From contig RDEW01000011.1 of the NCBI GenBank assembly GCA_011109175.1, forward strand, positions 621,061-685,060: DNA of 64,000 nt, in the 5' to 3' direction. Below the pieces are notes generated by a model that saw only the letters and a list, made by a program, of their open reading frames with translations, was not told where the DNA came from and searched no databases. The first letter of the stretch is position 1. Each line of letters begins with the position of its first letter. The position numbers were made by a program, and so were the translations under genes. This document shows, piece by piece, positions 51,581 to 63,200 of this stretch. Origin of the DNA: Dicyema japonicum. Lineage: Eukaryota; Animalia; Dicyemida.

Positions 51581-52630
51581 GAAAAAGGATCTCTCCGCCC
51601 GGAGGAAGTGCTCAAAGGAAACTAGTTTGTGTTCATATTCGAACACGTGCTACATTCAAAGGCTAATGGCTTATGTGAATCCAAGTTCGCACACGTGTGT
51701 AGGTCACATATGACAGTACTGTTTATACTAAGTAACTCTACCTATTTAGAACTCTGAAGTAAAGAATTCGAAAAAAATTTCGTCAAAAATGTTATTTTGG
51801 GATCAAAGGTAGGGAGCACGTGGGAAATAAAACAGTGACATGAATTTCTATATTAATCGCTTATCATTTACTGCTAAATAAAGAGACTTTGGGACCATGC
51901 ATGGAAGATGGTAAGTGCAGCATCCCGAGAATCAATAGGCAATAGGGAGGAAATGGAAATCCCTTATACAAAAGAGTACGTCAGTAAAGGAAGTTCACAG
52001 CAACTTCCAGAGGAGGTAATCAAATGAAATGATTGTCGACGACAAATGGGTTGTACTGTATAGTAAGTTTTAATGGGAGACATTGAATTTTCATGCTACT
52101 TCAATTACTATAGAGCATATTCTGAGACAGGCGGATCGTAGGACGCCTCTTAAGAATTGAAAAGTCACTGACAGAACGGAATCCTTCGACCACGGGAAGT
52201 AGCGATGCAAGAAGCGAACTCAAAGCTAATAATGATTCGAACAACGGGAGAAATAAATTCGACATCTGGTTTCTATTAATAACTTCCTGAAAAGTTACAA
52301 ATTGCAATGTTCGGTTCCACCTCGTGTGGAAATTGTTTTCATGAAATCAACAAAATCTTCTCAGAACGAGGCTGACTGATGAACACTCGTCACCTCCAAT
52401 CAAAGTTGGAACTGCTACAGCCCCACAAGCTCATCTAGGCCGTAGTAGAGCGAAGTATACGACTATATTATCATTTGGTAAATTTTTGTCATTTAGTGGA
52501 TTCGGGAGAAAGTGTGAAACAATCAGAATTGTTTATTATCGGGGTTGTATCTGAATCCAATATATTTGGGGGATCATGGCGCGAATTATTTGTCGTGAGA
52601 TTTTAACTTTTGTATCTCATTTTGAACGTT

Positions 52631-52720
52631 TAGTCTCATTTTGATCGACAAACCCTATCATTTGCTTTATAGCCCCACGATAGTCTCATTTTGATCGACA
52701 AACTTTATCACTTACTTTAT
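52631..52720. repeat. Tandem duplication, period 50 bp
   Basis: TAGTCTCATTTTGATCGACAAAC..TATCA at 52631 and 52681. Confidence 0.85.
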
Positions 52721-53138
52721 TATTTAGTGACCACAGACTGAAATGGGGAGGCCAATTCTAGTGGGGACGAAAGTTTTGTATGATTTTCTCATTGGGCATC
52801 TGAGGAAGATTTTCTAGAGTAACTTACTTAAGAGGTTTGTTGGGTTTTCGTTGGCATTCACCTCAAAGACCACATTTTTAGCAACAGGGGGTATACATAC
52901 AAATTTATATTTCCACGTGGCAGCATTCAAAACGATTCTATCTACCAACCTCTTTCAACTTCCCTTTATTCTCCTAAGCATGTTCAGATCATTTGTTTAT
53001 TAAGCTTAAGATTGTTGTCTGTCACTGAGGTTGCATGGTTGCACGTGGACGACCACAGTATTTCTCTCCATTCGACATGAAGTAATCTTCCACAACTTTG
53101 TTGGTAAAGTTTGATAAAATATTCATATTTTATGAATA

Positions 53139-53420
53139 CAGTAAACCCTCATTAATCCGAAAAAATCGATGTTTGAACTGTCTTCTACAATGTTGATTGC
53201 ATTGAATAGTATTGGCGAAAATTCTCCATCGGTCTCTCCATTTCAGCATCAATAATTTCCTCGACATTATAATCTTCACAAAAAAGGGTGACGCTTTCGA
53301 TCTCGTCGAGGATTTCTGTTTGAGTTATCTCTTATTTAGCAAGTTCTTTCAGTTCTTTTCGATACACATTCAAAACAGGATCTTTCATGATATCTTCATT
53401 AGCAACTGAATCAAGACATT
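53139..53420. mobile_element. Second copy of the Tc1/pogo-type derivative at 28803
   Basis: Identical terminus TA|CAGTAAACCCTCATTAATCCGAA and shared CAGCATCAATAATTTCCTCG..ACATTATAATCTTCACAAAAAA. Confidence 0.6.
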
Positions 53421-53601
53421 TAATTTCCTCTGTCTTTTTGGATTTTTATTGTGTCTTCTTTGACTTCATGTGTGAGATACCATAATGATGGCCTTCCATA
53501 AATTCACAAAAATTATATTTCTTTACTGTATTTAAATTGTCAGATATTTGAAAATTTGATTTTTAAATAAATAAATTTGAAAATTTAGGCGATGTGGGGT
53601 T

Positions 53602-54206
53602 ATGAATTTGCTTGATACAAGTTATTTTAGTATAAGCGACATTTTGTCCACAGAAGAGAATATTCCCTGCAAAATACTAAGACCAATAAAGGATGTGGTT
53701 GGTGTCGATATCCAAACCGAGCAAGTGGGGAAAATTACTAAGGCCGACTTCCCAATATGGATGGTGGTCCCTTTGGCTGACCAGAGTCACCTCATTTTGG
53801 AGCCTCTCGACGTCCCATATCACTACAGACAACTTTCAAAGGGATATTCTTGCCGGCGGACGCCACTGTGGTCAACATTCAACAACGCTATTACTACCAG
53901 ACAGGTCTCCGTCTAAGGGACATTCCGTTTTTGGATTACTCTGAGATCAAAAAGTCAATAATAGACGTACCACGTTGCTTTAATATTTAATAGGCATTTG
54001 TCTCCCGGTTTTCCATCGTTCAGAGTCTTTCAAACGTGGAGGAAGCGAGGACTGTTCATTCGAAGTATGAAAACCTGAACTTGAGGAATTTTCAAAATGT
54101 CAAAATGTGAGAAAATTTTCAAAATGTGTTTGAAGTCAACAAAAAGTGCCTCCTCTGGGAGATGGGGCTTTTGAGCAAGATTACCTGCTCCTCCGAACGT
54201 GATTGA
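53602..54206 (+). CDS. GINS3: GINS subunit Psf3; 27-nt intron (53967-53993); frame disrupted (net +2 nt near 53842-53855, short duplication with TGA at 54108-54110)
   Basis: YFSISDILSTEENIPC..DFPIWM..P..Y..ADATVVN..YYQTG..AFVSRF..LLWEMG parallels human Psf3 FLSLDDIL, ELPLWL, ADPNVVDL, TFIGRF and CWEKG. Confidence 0.8.
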
Positions 54207-55419
54207 CGAGGAGACATTTTTACGTAATTCCGTGAAATAAATGCTTTTTTGTTGTTTTTAAATTACTCACGTGAATTGTTCTTACGATTTGTATGGAGGG
54301 TACGCTCAATCAGCCTTTTTTGGCTTTCGACAGTCGGGGGATGTAGGAAGGCGATTTGGCACCGAGTCCCGGAGAAGATGGGCATGAAACTGGACTGTTT
54401 TCCAGAGGTCGCGTATTTCTTTCTTTGGGGGTTCCAGCTTTCGGTGAGACTGATCTCTGGTGAGCGACTGTCAACGTGAGGTTAGAAGGGAGACATGGCC
54501 ACATGTGGCTTCCCAAGATTTTCCACCCTTCCACGGGAAAAGTCGTTAGGAAATCACCCTGTATTTCTTGTGCATCCTGGAGTCTATTCACGGACAAATT
54601 CCTTGAACTAAAAGAAAGCAACGATGTTATTCCCTCAGCACATCTCATAGATCTTTGAGGTGATTTTTGACTTGCACACGTGTCAATACCCACCCACCCC
54701 CGCCCATGTTGAAAATATGGTAACAAAATGTGAAAAGAAAAACAACGCTACGCATGAATAAGAACATCCAGTTATAAGGCCGATACGCGTCTGTGTGGGC
54801 TCGAGAGAAGATGTTTTATGACAGTTCGGAATTCGGTGGCGGGGAATTCAGGATTTTCTACAGACATGCAAATCATAACACTTCCCTTGCCGATTACTCC
54901 GAAACAATAAGACGAAGGATGGTCTCCCCAAAAGAGATAACAAGTATTTCGTTTTTCCAAGGAGTAAGTTCATCCTCTTATCCCCGTGGAGGAAAGAAAA
55001 AACCATGATCCGGCACAACCATCACGTGATGATAAAGTTTGTTAATGAGGACCGCAGTTGGAAGGAGGCTCTCCTACCATTTAGGGGGCAAATTCCGGAA
55101 CGTGCATATATACAACGATAATATTAAAATAAAAGAATTTTTAACTAAATTTATAACTTTGAACAATTTATTACGGAAAAAACCAAATTTATTCTTTTTT
55201 AAAATCAATGTACAATCACAAGACATTTAGCGCAAAATTAAAAAAATTAATTAAAAAATTACATTTGACGAAGCTTGTCGGAAATGGAACGGGTCCGGAC
55301 TCAAAATCCCCGAAGACACAACGAAGGAAAGTAATTGGGGTAACATTGTCTGCTCCAAAATTTTGAAAGACCTTAAAAAAGAAGCAAATCAACATCGTCT
55401 GGCGTTTTTTGGTGTCAGC

Positions 55420-55600
55420 TTCAAGTGGAGGTAGTGGAGCATGGCTTGGTGCGACACCTTGCCCAAACCTAGGGACTTTTCTTGACGACGATTCTTTGAT
55501 GATTGGAATCGGACAAAGGCTAGGACTAGACGTTTGCCAGGAGCACCGATGCCGATGCGAAAGGATTGCACCCGCTGTCCTGCAAAAGAAGAGACAAAAT
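55420..55600 (+). mobile_element. CRE-clade fragment (pre-RLE zinc-knuckle region)
   Basis: SGAWLGATPCPNLGTFLDDDSLMIGIGQRLGLDVCQEHRCRC. Confidence 0.8.
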
Positions 55601-55978
55601 TACTGTAAAGAGGCAAGGATTTAATAAAATTAAGTCACAACTAACTAATCTTGTAAATTTAGCATACTATTGAGAATGTCCCTATCAGAGGGATCATCAG
55701 CAATAAGCAAGCACTCCCCGTTATTCAACGCTATAATCGACTCATCAATCCAATTATTATCAGAATATGACCCATCCAGCTGCATTTCATAAAGTGGGCT
55801 TATGTCAACTTTCATCTCATCAAAGCTTTTACGAGATCAAATGTCAATTTCTGCATGATATTTGAAAAATCCGTTAATCGGGACCAAATCATCCACATCA
55901 GAGACCTTTATATTCTCCACCACGGATTTAGATATTGCCTTCAGATCCGAATAATCTGACGGAAACATCTCTACTTTT

Positions 55979-58925
55979 GGTTGAGGTGGTGACGTCCCTC
56001 TATAGCACATATGTCTTTCTCACGTCTAATATCTAACTGCCCTTTTTCTGTGGTTACCCTGAATGTAAGAGGACTCAATCCAACATACAAGAAGCTTCAG
56101 CTGTCACGTGATTTGGATCACTATAAGGTATCAGTATGCTGCCTACAGGAAACAAAAATAACTGACAACACATGCATGCGGGTAGGAAATTATCATTTGA
56201 TTACCCTTCCAACAACGTGTCGTCACTATGGACTTGGATTTGCTATTCATCACACATTGTATAGTCGTATATCTCGGATGTGGGTCGTTACAGACAGGAT
56301 TGCGGTACTGCAAATCCGGTGGGGAAGCAAACCAAACTCTACAGTGACAATCATCAACATATACGCCCCGACTGTAATCAGGGCATCTGCCAATCCAGAA
56401 GAACTAAACGAATTCTACTCCACCCTCATAAGGGTTTACAACACCCTCAGTTCTTCATATTTTTGCTTAATTGCCGGGGACTGGAATGCCAAAGCAGGAA
56501 AAGCCAGATCTGGAGAAACTTGTATCGGATCTCATGGAAGAAATCGGCGAAACACGCCCGGAATGGCATTAATCCACTTTTGCACTTCCTTGGATCTGTT
56601 TTTGTGCAATACGGCATTCCGTCACCCAGCGAGACACAAGACGACGTGGACTGGAACTAGGAAGGATTTGCAAGGAAATTACATAAAAATATATAATCAA
56701 ATTGACTACATACTATGCAGACGAGGTCACAAACATCTCCTCGTAGACTCCAGGTCATATGGAGGATTAGAGACAAATAGTGATCATAAAATTGTGGTTA
56801 CCGCATTGGACTATACAAAGTCCATAACCAAATGAAAACACCTTCCAATAAAAAGCAGGAGCAATATGATATCCAATTATTACATGACAAGTCAACTCAA
56901 CAGAAATATGCGTATCAACTAAATCTTGAACTTAATGATATCGACGAAACTAAACCTGTTCATATTATTTGGGACAAAGTCACAAAGTCGATAAAAGGTA
57001 CAGCATGTGATGTGTTGGGAAGTATTACAAAACCCGTAAATTTTACAATCATGATATTTGCGTCCTATCAGAAAACCAGAAAGCCTTGAGATTATAGATA
57101 GAAAGCTCAAGGTCTCCAGAAAAGGCCAATGAACTTCGGCAACAACGAAACCGAACATTATTAAAAATCAAGCAAACTCAGAAATCCCTAACGGCTAAAG
57201 TAATAGAAAAACAAATTGAAGACATTGAAAAATATAAAAATGGAGTGAAAATGTTCAAAGCTATTCAATTAATAAGAAAAAGAGTGCAAGCCCCATAATA
57301 ATATATAACATCTTTGGCAGAATAATTATCGATGAAAAGGACAAAGCAGCTTCTATATCTGCTTATTACTATCATATGCTCAACTGGGACAACGAAATAG
57401 GCTATAAATTTGGTGCACAAGTCAAGCATAGTTTGGGCATCCCAATAAACACACAAGAAACACTGGATGCAATTAAAAAAATGAAAAATGACATATCGGC
57501 AAGACCAGAGAATATCCCAGCCGAACTTATAAAGTAGGCCACAGTGAAGTTGGTAACAATCATTACCAATATACTCAACAAAATATTTGAAGAAAACACT
57601 ACGTTAGACATTGGCAAGGGTTGGTGAATTCCACTGCAAAAACCGGGAAAACCCAAAGGGCCCCTTTCCAACCTTAGACCAATCATCCTACTAACTACGC
57701 TGCGAAAAATCTTGTATCATTACATTGGAAAGAATCAAAGACAAGGTGGTGTATTTTCTGTCACCAGGACAAAGTGGTTTCCGGTCAGGCAGATCCACTG
57801 CCGATGTCATTTGGACACACAGATGGTCAAGTGCTCTATGCCAAAAATATAAAAAGTGCATAGATGTTCTCGGAATAGACATGTCCAGAGCGTTTGACTC
57901 GGTTCATAGAGGCAAACTTCTTGAAGTACTCACAAGCTTCCTAACAACGGATGATGTCAAAATTATACAAAAACTACTGCAGAATACGCAACTAGCAACC
58001 AAACTCGGAAAAACTACTTCAGAATTCTTTTATACTTCACGTGGAATTCCGCAAGGAGACTCTTTGTCACCAGTTCTATTCATAATCTACCTGGAGGCTG
58101 CACTGAGAGATTTCAGGCCTTTAATTGAGAACAACAAAATAATCGAGTTAATATATGCAGACGATCTTGACTTTGTTTCTGAAGATGTTGAAATTCTTCA
58201 TCACGTTCTCAAGAACTTACCAAATGCCTTTTCTAAATGGTTCTTAGTTGTCAACCAAGACAAAACTGAATATACAAAACTTGTACGAGTTGTACGCACT
58301 TACGATGAATCATGGAGAAGGCATAAAAAAGTTGGTTCACTACTTGGAGACTCAGAAGATGTTACCCACAGAAAAATCCTTTCCACTGCTGCATATAAAA
58401 AATTCTTAACTATCTGGCGTTCTAAGAAGAGCATAACTACGAATACAAAGCTAAAATTGTATAAAACATTCGTGGTTCCAGTCCTGACATACAACTGTGG
58501 GACATGGGGGATTACGAAACGGGAAATGGACAATCTGGATCAATTTCATAGAAATCAACTAAGAAACATCTTGAGAATACATTTCCCGAAAAAGATATCA
58601 AATTCAGAACTGTACAAAAGATGTGGCTTAAGGCCATTATCATCAAGGCTAGAGACTTTTTGGTCACATCTTACGAATGGATATGTTGACTCCACCAGAC
58701 ATTGCAATGGAGAACTATTTCGCACAACTGAAGGGATCATTCCGTGGCAGGCCTAGAGTGACGTTGCCTTCAGTACTAAATGATGACCTAATCCGAATAA
58801 ACAAAACTCTACGAAATGGTGAAGATCTTGACTCACTACGAGCAATGGCCCGGAACAGGGGAACATGGAAGAGGATGTGTGGGAGGATACTGGACGTGGC
58901 ACAAGGGGAACTTAATTAATCTAAT
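55979..58925 (+). mobile_element. Near full-length RTE-clade LINE (single EN-RT ORF broken by a few frameshifts and stops)
   Basis: APE domain LNVRGL..CLQETK..NIYAPT..GDWNAK..YNQIDY..SDH (56011-56835). RT QSGFRSGRST..DMSRAFD..GIPQGDSLSP..YADD (57725-58756). C-terminus GRPRVT..ARNRGTW. Confidence 0.92.
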
Positions 58926-59129
58926 TAATTTTTGATTTCCCGGGAGTGCTTTAATAAAAAAATTTCCGTAACTGTCAATCAAACGAATCTTTTCACGTGG
59001 TTTTGTTGTGACGTCTTCGGATTCAACTTCGTAAATAATATCCCAGTGACCCCAATAATGATCCAAGACTCATTCTTTCTATTCTCAAGAGCAGTCGTGG
59101 CTCTGTCCACAAATGAGTTCTGCATCAAT

Positions 59130-59370
59130 CCTGGATTTGACCCCAATTGAAAATATTTTATTTAGTAGTGTAGCGATTTTTTTCAAAAAGGGGGGTCATG
59201 GCCGTATTTCAGTAATTCTGGGTTTATCGTATCTGGTTCAGGGCTTCTGTTGTTTTTTAGTTTTTGACATGCTGTTTTTACTTCCAAAATTTTAATTGGT
59301 TCTTTCAAGAATCTTGGCTTTCCTTGGGGGGATTGCTGTAGTCACATTGAAAGGTTTCTTAAAATGTGTT
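59130..59370 (-). mobile_element. RTE RT N-terminal fragment
   Basis: EVKTACQKLKNNRSPEPDTINPELLKYG. Confidence 0.7.
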
Positions 59371-59789
59371 GCAATTATTTAAAAAAAATTAAATAAATAA
59401 TTAAATTAATCGTAGGTAATTAATAATTAAAAATTATTTGTAAACTAAAAATACCATATATTGATTTTGTTGCAGGAAAGTGGCTGTCAGATTCTAAATA
59501 AGAACCAAAAAATTAAACAGTTAATGAGCACTTTTTAGGGATCTCGAATGGCCGTACTGCTTCCTCTCACAATGGCTGTCGAGATACACTCTCGAAGCCA
59601 CCCAGTCCACTTAGATCATTGATAGTCCGTTGGATCATGAGCCGATCTTGCGTAGTAGATCGTCAGCTTGTAGGCCTATGATTACTGACGTCTCGACAGC
59701 ATATGGGAAACAAGTGATCCTCGAGATGCTGGATTAAAATTTAATCCAGTAATTTTTATAACTTTATGCATTTTTGTTTTTCGCGTTAT

Positions 59790-59910
59790 TACCGCAGCGG
59801 GATTCGAACAGGCCTCTTGACCGGCACTCGTTACACTGCGCGACCGTCAAAGTAAAAGACGTCCATTCCTTGCAGGTGTGGACCCCCTCCAGTGGAGTGG
59901 AATTGGATTA
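59790..59910 (-). mobile_element. SINE family A tail followed by a tRNA-like SINE head
   Basis: CCACTCCACTGGAGGGGGTCCAC..ACGTCTTTTACTTT (as at 27540-27590), then TCGCGCAGTGT and TGTTCGAATCC boxes. Confidence 0.5.
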
Positions 59911-61033
59911 AATAGTTTTTAAGTAATGCTCCTCTGACACCAGAGCTTCGTAAAGACAGATGATCAAGTTACTGATACTACCAGCAAAAATTCACGTAAT
60001 CTTCCCCCCAGACAACACCGAAATTTAGAAGCAAATGTGTTACCTGCCAATATCCTGAAAAGTACATCCATGTATTCTGTAATAACGGAGAAAATTAAGA
60101 GAACACGTGAAGCTTGTCACTTCCGAGAGATAGAAGTTATTGTCCCCTTCCGACGTACAGACTCTTACCAGGAACTCGGGATTTCTGTTGTCGATCCTAT
60201 AACCAAAGTACTTGTTCTTGGAGTTAAGATTTCCTTCTAGAATTTCCATCAGATTTTTAAAGAATTCATAAATTTCTCTGATGCATTCTCTCAAAAATTT
60301 CGAATATAGACCATCCAAAAAGACCCATTCATGAACCTTAGTTTGAACCTTAGTCAGAACTCATAACTAATTAATCCAAGGAAAACGTCTTATGAAAGAT
60401 AAATCCATCCTCCAATAGTCCATTACAGACTTTTTTCCGAAGGTAGATGGAGAAGTAGGTCCACTTTTTTCCATTTTCGTTCAAACCTTCGAGGGTTGCT
60501 GACATCGATTCATTATTATGAGGATGAGTTGTCATATTGGTAATCCTTATCATTCGAACTGGTCAGGGAGAAGGTAGAAAAATTCCTTTTGACAACTGTA
60601 TCGTGCCAAAACTCGTCACCTCACGAGTGGGGCCTGGTTGACAAAAGTAACCTTCGCTGAAAAGTCTTTTTTCGGATTTGCACCTACGACTGTCAGATCC
60701 GATTTCATCAGACGTTCAGCCAAGAGGCCTTTCGATATAGATATGATGTTATAGAGTTTTATCTACACTCTTTAGGATTCCGCGAAAATAGGAGGAAGAA
60801 ATTAAGGCAAATTTTGGATGGAACTCAAAGATAAGCAATTAATTGCCTATTGTCTCGGATCTGAAATCCAAGGCTGCGTAGACCGATCTTCAAGTGACGC
60901 CGCTCACATAGACTTTCTCTAGTTCATGGATCATCTCATATGAATCTTTGATTGGATTTTCTCTAGCTTATTCCATTTTGATGGATTAATATTATTTAAC
61001 TTAAGAACACAAAGAACGAAAGAGTTAAGCAAA

Positions 61034-61800
61034 CTAATTAAGTGATCCAGGTGGTGGACAACCAACGAATGAGGTTTCAGCAATGCTCCATCATAGTTTT
61101 CAACTGCTTTCCTGTAACCAGGAGACTCTTCGTTTGAAAAATTTAAAGAGCTCAGTTTCTTTTGAAATTTACACGTTTCGGAAACTTATACCTCTAATCG
61201 AAAGAAATATTAGATTCAAAGACGCAGAGTAAGATAATCGGACCCATTATTTCAGATGGTCGAAGAGGGGGAAAAGAGTTGATAGCGAAGTTTGTTTGAG
61301 AGATCAAGTCCACGAGGCACAGGAGTATTTCTTGGTTGGTTTGTATAAAGTGGAAAGACGTCTAAAATGTATTGTGTTGACTGTCTTTATGATCTTGAAT
61401 TTCCGGAGACCCTTTTCCAGAACGTCCTTCACATGTTAACTTTAAGTTGGGTCCTGCTTCTTTTTTTATAGTTTTGAAAGTTACTTTGTTCCTGTGTTGT
61501 GATCACTGTGGAACACGTGGAAGATGTAGTCAGCGATTGGGGGTGTTTGGTGTTGAAATCTTCATAAATTATTATTTTTTCAAATTCTTTTAGTTTATTC
61601 AGTTCGGGGACATAATTTCTCGGTCTTGATCTCGATGAGGAATGTATTGGTTGATTAAAGTAGGTGATCTGGACTTTCCATCTTAAATTATTAACCAGTT
61701 TCGATAACATTTAGGACAGTGGCAACCGTAGAAAAACGCTCCCAGAGATCCATTACTTTGACGTAGGGTCCTAGAGACCTAGGGACAAGCCAAGAGATCC
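61034..61800 (-). mobile_element. Degenerate Ingi-like LINE remnant with 3' end
   Basis: IIIYEDFNTKH (endonuclease), TLYKPTKKYSCASW (post-RT) and GGATCACTTAATTAG at the 3' end. Confidence 0.6.
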
Positions 61801-62298
61801 TGAACCTTTCTCCCAACCAGAGACGGATGATGTCCATTTCGTAAACGAGAAAGTTCTAATAATTGAATTGGAAGGGTTCCTCAAAAAATAAATTAACCCA
61901 AAAGGGTTCCGTTAAACCATTAAAGTTGGGAACCTCTAAGAGATCGAAGGCGACCTAAACAAGATGAGTGACTCTTCTTGTGGTTTCTCGGAGATCTGGA
62001 CAATTAAGACTCCTGTTGTAGCTGATTGTGTCATTAATATTATTTTCTCCAGAGTTATATGAAATCAATGAGGCTAATCAATCCTGGACAATGGTTTGCA
62101 CGAAGTTATCAACGGCCTTCGGAATGCAGTACTCGCTGATGTCAATTATCAATAAAATCAGAGTCAATGGAATTTTCAGAGGTTCCAAATCCAAATTCAT
62201 TCTGTGACAACTTATCAGTCACTCCTAATGCATGTCTAATGGATGATCATTTTTTATCACAGCCGCGTTACCAGTAAACACTGTTTATGGTTTCAGAA

Positions 62299-62535
62299 CA
62301 CACACTTTATTTAAGTAAAGAACAGTTATCATAGCTAGTCGATGAGGAGAACGAATGAATGCGCTTCACTTCTTTTTCTTGAGTGTATGTCCTTTATAGA
62401 CGATCCGTATCCACTGATGACGGCGTCATTCGTCAAGCCAAAGCATATTGATGCGTGGAATTTTCGACCGAATGTACAGTATGGGATTCAAACTAGCGAC
62501 CTTCAGGCCTCTAGCCCGGCAACCGGATGATCATT
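62299..62535 (-). mobile_element. tRNA-derived SINE, family B copy 2
   Basis: Collinear with 5586-5850; identical tail ACACTTTATTTAAGTAAAGAACAGTTA. Confidence 0.7.
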
Positions 62536-62799
62536 TATAATAGAAAAAAAGACCAGGAGATACACACTCGTACAAAAAACTCTAAAAATGAAAATTTTTC
62601 AATTACTGAAAAGACGAAACTTCTTTGCTATGTCGCGTAACTGGTGGATAGAAATATATTTTTTGATCAGAAGAAGATGCTCTTATTGAACAAACAAAAC
62701 ATCAAAAGGGGACTTGGTCAGATTGAGAATTACGATTTATTTTTTACAACCTCCTTGAAAACTGTCTTCTGTTCTTATATTTCCGCGATATCCTCCTCA

Positions 62800-63200
62800 C
62801 TCAACAGATAGACACTATCGAACCTCACGTGAATCATACAGAACATTCTGAACACTGATTCCATTGGTTGCACAATAGCGACTCTTAGCAAAAACACTAC
62901 GACTTTGAGTCCAACGTTCTCATCGACAACAAAACTTTACATTCAACATCGACATTCTCGGAGTCACATTTGACCAAGGATCTCTTTCGCGAGATATAGT
63001 GACATCATCGCTGATAAAACTAACAATTTTAAAAATCACATCATAAACTCTTGGAGGCAAGACTAAATGCCAGTTCACCATCTACCTCCAATTTGTAAGT
63101 TCAATACTCATATACTCAGGTACCTCGTGGTCAATGACCGTTTTCAACTCTTCCCTACACAAGTTATCCACCAAACAAAAAACTGCCAACAAAGTCATCG
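62800..63200 (+). mobile_element. Ingi-like LINE post-RT fragment
   Basis: ILGVTFD..H..IADK and LYLQFVSSILIYSGTSW-like frames. Confidence 0.55.

Noticed and set aside
54249-55230. Several overlapping 60-140 aa ORFs
   Set aside because: No motifs or consistent splice model; compatible with chance ORFs in a slightly GC-richer patch.
60040-60553. Two-exon orphan gene
   Set aside because: No clean GT-AG junction joining the ORFs in frame and no recognisable motifs.
60600-60730. HDV-like ribozyme (+) or hammerhead (-; CTGATGA..GAAA)
   Set aside because: No P1 pairing for HDV. For the hammerhead, stem II does not abut the core and overlaps GAAA.
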